DNA of 64,000 bases from Bigelowiella natans CCMP2755 (GCA_000320545.1 ADNK01000245.1:14541-78540), one strand, 5' to 3'; positions 39,567 to 58,077 are shown, counted from the stretch's first letter. The notes: generated from the sequence alone by a model not told the origin. Numbers and translations: made by a program.

Positions 39567-42113
39567 ATGTTTGGGGGAAATGAAAGTGGCCCTTCTTCAC
39601 AATCTACTTTGTTTCAGTGTGCCTGCATGCCACATTCCTTCAATAATTCACTTGAATCTACAGGATTCAAAAAGCAAGCGATCCTTTGGATCCTTCGGTC
39701 ACACAGGGAGAGCATCATTAAACAGATCTTTGCTGCAACAGTTACAGCTACTGAAGGTGGAGAAAATAATCCGATCAAGGACAACGATGACTTCGCTATG
39801 ATTGACGAAACTTCATTGCCATTCGTGCCAATAGTTCTTAAAATTGATCTTATTCTGCTTTTTCAAAGGTATGTACATTCAGATTGGTAATTTAAGTGAA
39901 AAAGTGCTTTAAAAATGTCAATTTAACACAAATTTTTATTGTGCAGGGACATTCAATTTGCCAATCATCTTTTGAAGAAGTTCAACACCAGTCACAAGAT
40001 CATCTCTGATATTTTACCAAAGTTAGTGAGCAGTAAATTCTTTCAAAGGTTGCCTGAAAAATCACGAAGGAAATCATTTCATCTCACATTACGCTTTTCC
40101 ACCTTTGGACCGCCAGTGAGGTTGTTTCTGGTTCGTGTCCACTTTAGACATATGACACTTGTTTTTGGTCAGGAGAATCACAGGTTTTACAAATCTACAA
40201 TTTGGCTTATAATTATCATCACCACCTAGATTTTAGGGCGAATGACAGGTTGCAACATTGTCATATCTGGAGTTATTCAAAAGGTTGCCTAGATATATAA
40301 TTGAGTTAAGGATTTCGAAATGTTCTTGATTTATTTACCTCGTACCGAAGGTTTTCCCCGCGAGCCATTTCTTCTACTCAAGTGCCAGTGTTTCTCGAAT
40401 CGAAATGTCATGCCAAGTCTTGAAGGTGCAAATTACAATTTTCTGTGGAAATCTTAATGTGTGTCATGCAGTTAGCCCCAATAATAAATTTCTGGAACCG
40501 CTCTGAGGAACGCACTGGTTCGCCATTCTCAAAGTCTCCTCTTTGGATGATTCTAACTGCAGAACTCGTACATTTATTGTTTGATGTACAAGATTAGTTT
40601 ATCTCATCATGCTATTTCAGGTCAACCTAAACATTGCAGAAGGAGATGAGATACTGGTAAACTACCGAACATCGAAATCCAATGGCGAAATAATTTACAA
40701 CTCCCATGCTAGTCTTTTTGCAACTTTCAGTCCATTGGAATGCTTCAAATGAAACCTCCTAAGGAGATTATCAGCATTCTACCTCAGAAATGCAAGAGGA
40801 CGACATCGTTTCTGTTTTTGGTCGTCATATTAATACTAAGAAACACCTACTGTTTAGATTTCTAACGAATAACTTCAGGTAAATAACATTATCTGGGCTG
40901 GCCATAAATCCCTTGATAAAGCATTAGTAGACACTTCACTATCACCACTCGATGATTGTACTGAAGATACAAAATTTGATGGATGGTCCCAGACGTCAGT
41001 GTTCTTAGATAGTTTTTCAGCTAAAGTAGCACCTCATGGATATGGACGGTAAACTTTTCCAGTTAAAATTTCTATTGTTTGAGTTTATGCTATTTGTGTT
41101 GCATTTATTTTCCCGGAGATCACTAAACTTAGCCATGCTATTGAGCGTTCTCTCTGGAACTCAAATCTCGAAGGATTCTACTCTGACCAACGACCAATTG
41201 CACTTGCTCGTTAGCTCAAACGATGTCATTGTTCAGCGTATGATGACCTATGTAAGCTATCAAATACAATTTATTGAATGTTGATTCACAAAAACATAAA
41301 ATATTTACTTCCATAAGGCAACCACATTCTACAAAAGATGCATTATCTACAATGAAATACCCAGCCAAAAAGAGTGGATAAAAATGAATGGCGGTTTGAT
41401 ATTCTTCCGTTTACAAGCTACACCAAAGAAAAATACAGTACTTCTGGAGAAAATAATTAAAGAAAGGACATCGACTGTCTGGGTCCTAGTTCCATCTTCG
41501 ATTCGAAATATGAAAAAAGATTACAATAAACTGGCTTATCAATTTGATCTTGTTGTTAATATCGATCCAATTTACGATTCCAAGATGGATACTATGTTAT
41601 CCTCTTTTATTTTAGATGGATATCGATCTCCAACTGCTGGATTTTCCGTGGAGAGTTTATCACAGCGCCGTTCATTGGAAGTTCATATGACTAGGCATGC
41701 ACAGGAGTTAATTAAAGATTACTTCATGGCAGCCCGTGCAAGAAGAAATAGCTATACATTTCATGAATTAGAAACGATTGCAAGAGTTTCCAGGTGTCAT
41801 TGTAGGCTGCATCAACGAAAACTTGTTACTCTGTTAGGTATATATGTAATGATGAATACATACCTCCTCAAATTCTGACATAATTTATTTTATAACTCTT
41901 ATGTCAAAATTTGTATGAAACACTACAGACGTGTTCGTTGCCATCATGGTGGTGGAAGAGACTATGGTGAAGAAACTAAGGAGGTCCCACATGGAATTTG
42001 TGGATTTAGAAAACGGAAATCTTAATGTTGACTTGCAATTTGAGGGTGAGCTGCCCATTGAACGGTTTCAAAATTTTGTCGACCAAGCTAATAGATTTAT
42101 GGCTAATTTGTGA
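39567..42113 (+). CDS. MCMDC2: MCM domain-containing protein 2-like (catalytically degenerate MCM)
   Basis: FSAKVAPHGYG|RSLNLAMLLSVL...LHLLVSSND (no Walker A) and lid AQELIKDYFMAAR...LETIARVSRCHCRLHQRKLVTLL|DVFVAIMVVEETM. Confidence 0.65.
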
Positions 42114-42199
42114 GAATGACGTGGCTACGATGTGATGATTGTTGAGCTTTACATTTCAACGTGTCTACGAAAATTGAAGTCTAAAACATTAGACTGAAA

Positions 42200-42660
42200 C
42201 ATTAGAGTCACTGCTGAGACTCATGCTAGCATGGTAGTGCACCTTCTTTCAGATAAAGACAAGCTGACATGCAGGTTGCAGCACGATCTATTTTTCCGAT
42301 TTTGCATTTGAATCGCAGAGTGACATTGCAGTGTGCGTTGATGCATGGACATGCACAGCAGGCCAGAAAGCAAACGGGACATGAAGCAAGCATGTTTGGC
42401 ATTGTGCAACACGATGATGCATGTGCGGAGATGTCAAAATTTGCTCATCAATGCGATGCATGCATTTGGATGTGACTAGTACTGTCAAATTGATCAATCT
42501 AGCGTCATGTGGCATGATTGAACGTTGTCGATGTCTAGACGTTTTTGTTGCGAATGGTCATTGCTGTTGTGCAACACGTGACAGAAAGCAAACGAATTTT
42601 CTAATGACACGTTTGGTTGTCTGTACAAATACTCGTCTAAATAAAAAACAAGTGGTCCAG
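42200..42660. other. TpA-depleted island 6 between convergent genes
   Basis: No TA from ~42292 to ~42475; flanking survivors mostly CTAG. Confidence 0.75.
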
Positions 42661-42677
42661 CAAATGCGTGCATTAAT

Positions 42678-47796
<5,119 letters not shown>

Positions 47797-48099
47797 CGTG
47801 CGGATTTAGTCCGCGGTAAGGCGGGGAGGAGACAGAGAGTGATCTCTGTAGTTAGTTAGTTGGTGTGAGAGCTGTCCGTTCCCCCTCCGTGTTCGGGTTT
47901 TCCGAACAATAAACAGCACCAAAAAGAGATCGAGTAGAGGGCGTTACAAAGGTGCGACAATATCTTACCACCCAAAATATGTGCTAGTGCATATTTCGAA
48001 AATAGAAAGATATCTTACGATATTGAATGGATGAAAAATAGACCAAAATAAGAAATGTGTCCCAACAGTCCCACAACATATCACCACATCACAACAGCT

Positions 48100-48853
48100 A
48101 TGGCTACTGGAGAGGAGCCGGCCAAGCCCAAGCCCTCCAGCCTTGCTAAAAGCGAGGAGAAAGAGGATCTTGTCACGGGAACGGATTCAAAAACCAAGGA
48201 AGGAGAAGAAAATCCCGCCGGAAAGAGCAACACTTCGAAGAAAAGGAAAAAAAAAAAGAAAAAAAGGAAGAGGTGACTTTGTCTTCTTCGTCTTCTTCTC
48301 AATTGTGATTGCTTTTTTGCTTGCATTGGCATCAGAAATGCAAAGCTATCCGCTAGTGGGCTCCCATCTGCTGCCGACCTACTGGGTTCCGTTGACGTCC
48401 CCGAATTTCTTGAGAAGAAACTGAAAGAGGTGAGAGAGACTGAGTCAAGAGAGAAGAAGGGGGATGCAGCACCAACCTTAATCGTTTTCTTCGCACATTA
48501 ATTCTTCGATCAGGATAAAACTGCAAGATTTGAGGCCAGATTAGAGGCTGAAGAAGAAAGAAAAAAGGATCTAGAGGTCAGAGTTTGTAAACCATATTAT
48601 TCTGCATGCAGCCCCGGATCAATCAGCCATCGTGTGGAGGGACCATCATATATGTAATATTTGGTGGAATCGTGGGCGTAAATATGTTCCGTAATTGCGC
48701 AACAGGCTCAGATCACTATGATGGAGGAAGCGAACGAAAGACAAGCTCAAATTGACCTTGAACACGAGGAGGCTACGACAGCATACAAGGTGTAGTATAC
48801 TGATGCAATATCTAGAATAAAAATACTTATATTTATCCATGTGTAGGTGTGCA

Positions 48854-48890
<37 letters not shown>

Positions 48891-49121
48891 TTCCTATTAG
48901 TTATCAAAGAAAAAATGAAACGCTTAAATTATGCAAAATGTTTGTTCTTCTTTTCCTTATAGGAGCAGAGAAGGCGTTCGAAACAATCAAGGCCAAGAGG
49001 CCCAAAGCAGCCAAAATTGTATGAACCGAATGTCGATACACAAGTTCCATTAATACAGCAGCAAATACGAAGCACACTCATGCACGTGAGCGCCATTAGG
49101 ATGTGCGTATTGCAAATGTAG
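48100..49121 (+). CDS. Small basic/coiled-coil hypothetical nuclear protein, about 5 exons
   Basis: KKRKKKKKRKR NLS-like run, GLPSAADLL, RFEARLEAEEERKKDLE; last-exon frame uncertain (stop 49024 or 49121). Confidence 0.6.
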
Positions 49122-49199
49122 GTGATATTTGTCACATTTGCACACATTAGATACGTTATTTGTATTTGATTGCCTCTAAAGCCGCATTAGCACAGCTTT

Positions 49200-50100
49200 T
49201 GATTTGCAACAGACGGGTCTTTGTGCACATCTAGACATCTCCAAGCAGCGATGTACTAGGGTTTTGTTCGAAAGTTTGTGGTGCTCGACAGCATGCACAG
49301 TTTAATGTGCATAACCACGCATGCTAGCATGCACCAGCCGGGTCTAGCCAATTATTTCAATCGCACGTGCCGCCGCGAGACTAATTATAGCTGCTAGGAC
49401 CTGCAATGCAGCTAAAAGCATGGTCTGTACTAGTGTAGTCCATGTCTACATGTGCAGCATGTGGCATGTCTAGCATGCGTCGTGCAAAGTGCAGCAGTGT
49501 AATTTTTGTCATTCTGACGCTGCACATATTCACGCTCTATCTATGGCAATGCCAAAACAATAATGTCGCATGTCATGCGCTGCTTGTCTATCTTGATGTG
49601 CGCATCTGTCATGCGCCATGATCGCCCATGCACATGACGTGCAACCAATGATGCACGGCACTGAAACGAGACTGTAGCCAGCGCGGCATTGTCGATCAGC
49701 TGTGTGCAAGTCTGGAACTGTTGTAGCAATGAGGGAAAACTGTTTATTAGCCACATGTATGCGATGTGGCATCGACTACTAGACTAGTCAACCGCAGCAG
49801 CAATGGGAAGAATTGACTACAAAAAAATCTGCCCATGCAACCCATGGCCAGTTAAGCCACAACATGGATGGCAAACGTAATGGGAGCTCAAGTTAACAAG
49901 CTGGATGGCAACACGGCAACTAGAGCCCCGCATGTGTGATTACATGTAATTGACCATGCTGGGTCTCTAGTACCTTACGTCGTTACATCAGCTCAGTATA
50001 CATCAGCGCATGTGCGCAGCACTTATCCACACTGTATTTGCACATGTTGAAGATGAAGCCATTGCATTATCGCAATGTGTACACGTGAGGCTAGTCTAGA
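49200..50100. other. Partially TpA-depleted island 7 between convergent genes
   Basis: CATG/TGCA- and CTAG-rich with reduced other TA. Confidence 0.6.
49257..49291 (+). repeat. 35-bp dispersed direct repeat, copy 1
   Basis: TAGGGTTTTGTTCGAAAGTTTGTGGTGCTCGACAG, 34/35 identical to 53564-53598. Confidence 0.9.
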
Positions 50101-50302
50101 CTAGAAGTAGCTTTGTGTGGATTTACTAATAGTTACAATGTCAGTAGACTGCTGCTATGAATCGTAGCGTTAGTAGTTAACAGTCCAAAAATTTCGCTGG
50201 AAGGCACAAACTGAATTTAAGATATAGTACTGAACGGGCATTTCTTCAACAGCATCAAGAATTGGCTAATCGAGGGCATTATGATGCCTGCATTTTGAGC
50301 TC

Positions 50303-51025
50303 TTAATTCGTCTCCTTCTTTTTCCTCGACATCATCCTGTTGAGGAAATTGAAGAACCTGTACCGCTTGCTCATTCGCCATGGATTTCCCTGAAATTAGA
50401 AGAATTAGAGATTGGAGGGAGCTGAGGAGAGAAAAGAACAGCGGATGAAAAATGTCATCGATACATGGGCATTGACAGTGGGAAAATGCAACATTTCCTA
50501 TCTGGCTCTCTCGATCTCTATATCTCTTTCAGTATCGTAAATATGCACCGTTTGTTACGTAAAATATGCACACACAAACACACACACACGCACACTGACA
50601 TCATATATTATCATCCTCCTACATCCTATTACCTCTGGAAAGGGCAATGGTTTTCCTGCGGCATATAAAAACCCAAATATGCCTCCTAGGCCTCCAGTAT
50701 TACCAACAGATCTTTTCATATAAAGATAAAGTGAGTGAGCATGAGGAGCGCAAGATACCATGTGGAAGATGGTGAACGAACATATTTTCAACTCGCACCA
50801 ATATACCTGTCCATGACGTATCCGACCGTCATCTTCCTGATTTGTCCTTTTTCGTTGAATTTCAGTGACAGAGTCTAGAGATGGAGGAAAGAGAAGAAGA
50901 AGGAGAAGAAGAAGAAGAAGAAGGGAATAATAATAATAAGAAGAAGGAAAAGTAAACGGCCAGGGCAAGTTCGAAGATGATAATAATTTATACATGCATA
51001 CATATAAACACGCACAAACACACAC

Positions 51026-51064
<39 letters not shown>

Positions 51065-52173
51065 ATTGTAGTTAGTGTGTATGTGTGTGTGGTTATGTGC
51101 GTTTATAATTCACTTGCGGCGGCGTGATAACTTGTTTCTTGGATGGCTTTCCACCAAGCAACTTCCTAATTGAGATGGTGGCGGCATGATTAAGACAAAA
51201 TTGAGAGAGGGAGGGAGAGAGAGAGAGAGAGAGGGAGAGAGAGAGGAAGAGAGAAGATGGGGGGAGAGCAGGATGCAAGCTGTAGAAAATATAGGGGTGT
51301 GCAGCTAGGATGGTGCATTAATCGTACTTCATGTATCATTTCATGAATCAGTGCGCCTTGTCCACAACAGATTTTTACACTGCATTGATTCCGATGTGTT
51401 GCGTAGTTGTGATTGTTAATGCCATCGTGGTTGTTGTTGTTGATGATTATGATGACAGTGATATGGTTGTTGTTGCTGCGAGACACACACACGCATACAC
51501 ACACACACACACACACACCCTGTGTTTGTTCCGATGCCCCGTGCCGTGACCCACACACGGTTTTCCTCAAAAAGATCGACTCTGCACAACACAGCAGCAA
51601 TCATCGTTACTACTCCTTGCATATCTCATAACCTCACACGAAATGTTGGTCAAAGTGGGATTTGCAGCACTCTTGGCCCAACAGGCCTAACATAAGAGTG
51701 ATCCTGTGAAATTACAACGTTCGTTCACATCTGACGACCCACACACCTAAAATGGTGGAAGTGCGTGTTGTGGTCTGGGAAAGCGCCAATGAAGTCGAAC
51801 CCCTTGAGGGCCTGATGCAATATTGAAGGGAATGGCAATTATTGGTGGAGGTGATGAAGGAAGTGATAAAGGATTGTTGAAAATGCGTCTTATATATCAA
51901 TGTGGTAACGAGGAGGAAGAGGATTTAAGTGACATTAACCATAATCATTTATTATCATCTATCATGCGCTATTATTACTATTGTCATTATTATTGTTATT
52001 ATTATTATCATTATTATTATTATTATTATAACGACTGATATTTTTATTATCGGAATGCTGCTCTTATGAAGTCATTACTTCGAGAAGTTGGCCTCTGTTC
52101 AATGGGCCTACAACAGGCCCTTCGAATGTAAAATCCTAGCGGTCAAAACAACAGTATAACATACAAAACACAT

Positions 52174-52211
<38 letters not shown>

Positions 52212-53272
52212 ATAGAGAGAAAAGAGAGAGAGAATGGGATTTCAGCACAAGTATTTGGCGGTGGTGACGGTGACTCCTATCATCCTACGATGATACTGGC
52301 TGGGATTTTGTCGCAGTCCACCGACACCATCATAACTGCTGTTGGTCGCGTTGCACCTCAGACCGTGCCGACAAAGCACAATCTTATCTTCTTTTCAAGC
52401 TGTTTATTCTGTGTAGAGTATCGACGACTCATCGTTTTGTATTCACTCACATCGCTGAAAGCCTCCATTGGCCAGTTTGCTGCCGTCAGGTTGAAGAAGT
52501 ACTTTGCTCTTCTGATAAGCTCTTCTGCAGGAATCGGGAAGCCTGTGCATCACGAAAGCACAATATACTTATGGGCAACACGCAGAAAGTTTAAAACTCT
52601 ATCAAAACCAGACAATGATGATAATGAGCGAGTGATGACGGCAAAATGTTCGAAATAAGAAAACCGTTCTTCTCGTTACCTCCATTATCTATTGGCGTTA
52701 TTTTCACCATCAGCACCAAAACCATACCATACACCGTCACCGCAACTTTCCGTGAATAGCATCATCATTATTATCACATTTGTCAGCACAACGGGAATCC
52801 ATCCCCACTTACTTCTCCTGGCAAGCATAGCCTCTTCGTCTATGATTTCGGGATAATCACGTTCGAATATTGCACCCGGGAGAGCTGCAAGCGACACTGC
52901 GGGTGTACGCCCTTTGTCAGCACTTACGGCAGGAGTAAGAGTAGAATCAGCAGTGGCTTTCGCAACTTGGGACCCCTTCCAGGACGACGACGACGAAGAG
53001 GAATAAGAAGAAGGGCTTGTCGAATACGATGTTCCTACGGAAGAAACCACGGCTCCGCCCCCCCCACCTCGCCGCACAGCAGGGCCAGCAGGCTCGTGTG
53101 GCGATTGGGCATTATTGTCGTTAATGCGAGGAGGCTGCTGTCGCCTATGTTGTACCCTTCTCGGAATACGACTAGTGCGACGCACAGAACTACTGCGCGA
53201 GTGCGTGTTCGAAGCCGAGGCAGCCAGCACCATCATTGAAAAAGCTAACATCGCGTTCGTTGGTTTCGTCAT
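50303..53272 (-). CDS. SnoaL/NTF2-like fold algal protein, probably plastid-targeted
   Basis: Signal peptide plus Ser/Arg-rich transit-like region; DFTFEGPVVGPL, FHHFR|VDLFEENRVW, GNTGGLGGIFGFLYAAGKPLPFPE|GNPW. Confidence 0.75.
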
Positions 53273-53563
53273 CGCCACTCTGCGAAATCGTGAGCCTATA
53301 ATATGTCATCGTATTTAACGAAGAAGAACGATAGGATGAAATTGCTAGGAATCATCGATCGTACGAACAGAGCACACCACACAGAGAATCAAACACAACG
53401 CTCTTCCGGGCGTCGTGGCTGAATTTTGGACCAAAATGTAAGGGAGGAGGGGAAAATCTTCGGAAATATGCGATATATTATCTCCATTTCCTAAAATAGT
53501 AACTTCACAAAGTGGGGGGGGGGGGGGGCGAGAAAGAGGATGTTGGGGGGGGAGTCACCTAAT

Positions 53564-53598
53564 TAGGGTTTTGTTCGAAGGTTTGTGGTGCTCGACAG
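53564..53598 (+). repeat. 35-bp dispersed direct repeat, copy 2, ending in a CTCGACAG-ttg-CTGTCGAG hairpin
   Basis: Direct reading. Confidence 0.9.
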
Positions 53599-53905
53599 TT
53601 GCTGTCGAGGTTCTAAATTGTATGCCGTTTCGTTGTTTTTTGTGCCATTCAACCAAGAGAAACTGAGAAGGGAAGGGGACGACGTCGCCAACCTACTCAA
53701 AATTTAAGCTGTTTTCGGGCCTTTTTCCAGAAAACCACTGCCTTTTCGAATGGAGACAGAAAAATATCCAAAAACAAAGTAGATTTAGGTCCAGGCAAAA
53801 CCCAAAATAAACGTTAAAAAAATGAGATTTTTTCAGGAGATCAGTTCGAAGAGCACACAGCCAAGAAAAAAAAGGAAAAACTTAAAGAGATCTGCAAAAA
53901 GATTT

Positions 53906-54024
53906 GGATACAACAACGCCGTGTTCCCGCGTGGTCCCCCACCGCAGTACTAACGAGTCCCAACGACGCTTAACTTCCGAGTTCGGCAGGGATCGGGTGT
54001 ATTAGTCGTGGTATGGTCGTATCC
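53906..54024 (-). rRNA. 5S rRNA, single dispersed copy
   Basis: 119 nt GGATACGACCATACC...CCGATCC...GAAGTTAAGC...TTAGTACT...GGGGGACCACGCGGGAA...GTATCC with paired ends, followed by a T5 Pol III terminator. Confidence 0.95.
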
Positions 54025-54484
54025 AGTAGCTAAGGTGTAAAAATGTAACCAATAGTCATAACAAATTATCTCATTCTGCATGAAAGACAAGTAGTCATGC
54101 TTGTCGCCTTTGTAATGTCTCCTACGTTCCAAGGAGTATTGAAAGATTTTCAGCCCAGCGAGCGCGCTCTGAGCATTTGAGGAGAAGGAATGTCCCCGAT
54201 CATTGTTTTGATTAAGTTAAAAAGTATTGTCGTTTTGATATTTCGTAGGACAATTTGAGAATGATTAAGGATCGATTCCCCACAATTACGTCTGACTATC
54301 GTCACAAAGGTTCGAAGTGTGAGCCAATCACCGCTGCTACCCCGTCCCACACCCTACACCAGGTGGCAACAATAAAAACTGTGCCTCACAGGCGATATCT
54401 TTCTCGAGTACATTCATCTAGAATAGTAACTCAAAACTAGCAGAATTTCTAGGTGGGTCAGCTAAGATCTGCGCCTCAACCATC

Positions 54485-55897
54485 ATGGCTAGTCTCGCAC
54501 AGTTGATTCGTCTGCTATTAGTGTTTATGAAGAGAGATATCCCTTTTGGACAGAGTCGGAGAGGCTTCAGAGATTTAATATTTGAAATGATCAACTTTTG
54601 TTACGTGGAAAGGGATGTTCCTTTCGTAATATCTTCCTCAATGCAGGTATTAAGTGCAGGATGGAAGGGCTATCTGTGAGGCAGATTAAAGAAATCCTGG
54701 TCCTTATGCGCCACTCACAACTATTGCCCACTTTAACCTGCATATCCCTTCATTGCACTTTCTTTTGTCACTACCCATGCATGGGGATTTCTCCTTTCAA
54801 GCATTTTTGGTCTTGTTGCTGGCCTTTCTCTCTCACCCCCACTCTCTTTCTAATATATATGTATATATTTATTTATTTGCATACATTATATTACGGCTTC
54901 TCAAATATCTTCATGCATTAGGATAAGGCAGGAATCGATTACTCCGATTGTTGTGAGAAGAAAGACTTAGCAAAAAGGCTGGCCGAAGTGCGTGCAAAGG
55001 CTCGAAAAAGCAGCAGCATGAGGGAAGACGATCCCAAGCCCTCCCCCTCAACTGGTAGGAGCAGCAGCGACAGAAACTTAGGTGGAGGAAGAGGCGCAAG
55101 CACTCGTAAACGGCCATCTTCCACAGCAGGGGGTTCCTCGACAACAAGAGGACACGGTGACATGAAGGACGTCGGTGCACTAATCAGGAGAATCAATGGG
55201 ACAAAGGACTACTACAGCATTCTCGGCGTCGGCCGAGACGCGAGTGATGTCGAGTTGAAGAAGTCGTACCGCAAACTGGCACTCAAGCTCCACCCGGACA
55301 AATGCAACCAAGAGGGTTCCGAGGACGCCTTTAAGAAAGTGGGGAGTGCCTACCACTGCCTTTCCGATCCCGACAAAAGGAAGTAAGTACGATCACTTGG
55401 CGGCTGGCAAGGAGGGGCGAATTCAGTGAATAGTTGTCGTTGTATTTTGAGAGACTTCTTCTTCTTCTAAACTGAAAGATGATGGAATTGGGACATAGAG
55501 TTGAACCTCCTCCCTGCCAGTCAATCAACACAATCTGACCTTCAATCCTTTCTTCCTTCCTTCCTTCTTTCCCGGACATACAACTGATGCTCTGCAATGA
55601 TAAACTCACTACAGGCGATATGATCTTCTAGGCGATGACAGCGAAAATGGTCCCTCCCCCCCCTCAAACCATGCATATCTCCCAGCCACACTTAAACGCT
55701 ACACTGTGTCGATCTACTTCCACTAATTCGAAATCAATATAAACAAAGGTGCAGCAGGTGGATTTGGTGGAGGGAACCCTGATGTCGATGAGGTAGGAGA
55801 AGAAGGAACAACCCATATCTGTGATGATGATGATGATGATGATGACCATAATATGCCTGCTGCGCTTCGACGCTGCCGTTTTCCATCGATCGCAGAG

Positions 55898-55936
<39 letters not shown>

Positions 55937-55954
55937 TGATGAAAAGTAAAAGGA

Positions 55955-55989
<35 letters not shown>

Positions 55990-56439
55990 CTGCAGGTTCT
56001 GCGGCAGTTCTTTGGAGGGGGGATGAATGGTGGAGGTATGCACGGTGGTCCAGGAGTAAGGTACATTGCAATTATAAGAAACTTCATATTTGCATGCACG
56101 TGCATGCTCGAATCATATCATCATTCACCCCTTCATCGTCTTTCTTGTGGGAAACCTATCTAATTCTCCAACCCCACCATGCTCACGCCTGTGAAAAATC
56201 TCCTGCTATCCTAGGTTTCATTTCGGAGGGCCGGGAATGTTCTTCCAAAATATGGGTGGACGTCAGCAGCAACAAGGAGGCGATGGAAATGCTCGCGGCG
56301 TCGGGGGGGGGCTGGGCGCATTGGCTCCTTTTATGCCTTTCATCCTAATGATGCTAGTCCAAGTAACGATTAATGGGGGGTTGGGGGGTTTATGTAAGTG
56401 GGAGTGACAGTATTTGAAGGGGAGGAGGCAGAAGATTTC

Positions 56440-56473
<34 letters not shown>

Positions 56474-56703
56474 CCTCCCTTTCTCGTGTGTGTTTCGGGC
56501 GTTCATGAATTCATGCTGCGGTTTTAGGCTGCTCCTGCGCTCTTAGGATTGCTCAGTCGCGGTAGAGAAAAAAGAAGAAGATATGTTGATGATAATGATG
56601 ATGATAAAGAAAAACAGAAGAAGGTGTATGGTGGTTAGGATAGTTATATGTGTTAAAATCGTCGTATTTTCTAGCACACCACAGCATGTAGTACGGCCTG
56701 TGC

Positions 56704-56737
<34 letters not shown>

Positions 56738-57154
56738 TCCCATCAATGCTGCTCGCACGAAAATGAAGCAGAATACCAAAGGGGTTTCGAGTTTTCTCCA
56801 ATTCATCTTTATGTGGTATGCTGTGCAGGATTTCTCTTCCTTCCGATGATATTATTGCTTCCAAGTCATCTTCGCATGCACGTAAGAGGGAGAGGGGGCG
56901 GACGGGTAGTGGTGGGGATAGAGGCACAATTATGATTTGTAGGGTATGTTAATATGTTCGCTTGTATCCCTTGCGTGCTCGAAGGCAATTTGACAATGTA
57001 AACTTTTAAGTGATGATTTCATCACACGAAGCACGGCTGCAGTAGCAGCAGTAGCAATCGAAATAAGAGAAAATCCGGTGGGCCTGACGTGGCGTGTGTT
57101 TGTTTGTTTTTACAGGCGCTCCTCCTAGTCTTCGTCATGATGTTCATAATATGA
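54485..57154 (+). CDS. DnaJ/Hsp40 (DNAJB12/14-like) with N-terminal SAP-like motif and C-terminal TM segments
   Basis: [10 protein letters not shown]|[16 protein letters not shown]; DYYSILGV...[12 protein letters not shown]...EDAFKKV; G/F-rich region; hydrophobic end [12 protein letters not shown]. Confidence 0.88.
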
Positions 57155-57724
57155 GTGTCGGACTCACTATGCGAGGCTTATGAGCTTGTAATGAATAGAA
57201 CCGACATTGCGGGATGCTTTGTTCATCTCGGTATAATAAATACATCTAATCCAGTCTAGTTCTACGTTTTGTGCGCAACTCTACGGTGCATAGCACAGCT
57301 TAGCTAGATATGTGTGTTAGCCACGCGTGCTGGCCGTTCAGCTGTAACAAGGTCATGCAACACAGGCGTCAAGCGCAGAGCAAAATGCGACTATGCTGTA
57401 CATGTGTATCATTATATCATTGCTGACTATAGACACAGTATATATTATGTCTATTGTGCTGGTACAACTTGCTTGCTTAGCTTGCTAGCTATGTGCGGCA
57501 GACGAGTCACATGTGCGATAGTAGGCTACATTCAGAAAATCCAATAAGAAGAATCGGTGGAAATCATTTTCCTTAATTTCCACCGATTCTTCACAAATGA
57601 CTCATTTTTTAGAGCAACCACGCAGTTTTAGAACGAGGTGCAATGTGCTCTCCTTCTCAATTCCGTGCTCACTAAGGATCCGGCCCTCCTTCAGCTCCAC
57701 CTAGCAGATCTAGCCATCCACCAT

Positions 57725-57896
57725 AAATCAAACACAACCCCCTGCTAGCCTGCTGCTGCTGATCGGGAGGTACATGCCCTCTCTGTCTTGTATCTTCTGC
57801 TTTGCGGATAATGCGACGGCGCTTACAGTGTCCGAATGATTTATCGTCCAAGATAATAAGTGTCTTTCCGAACAGAATCTTGGCGAAAATCTGCAT
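57725..57896 (-). pseudogene. Degenerate ubiquitin relic
   Basis: MQIFAKILFGKTLII / SDTV..AKQKIQDREG / VPPDQQ..LIYGG spread over shifted frames. Confidence 0.75.
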
Positions 57897-58077
57897 CGAC
57901 ATAGTTTCCAGAATTCTAAATTTTCCTTCTTTCTTTGTTTTATTTGTTTCATTCTGTTTTGATCTGTTGAGTTGTGGATCCTGCTCCCTCTTTCCGCAAT
58001 GCTCTCTTGCCGCCGCCGCTCCGCCGCTGCAGTCTTGAGTTCGGCGCTCGGCATCTTCAATGATACTGCATGCCTTG

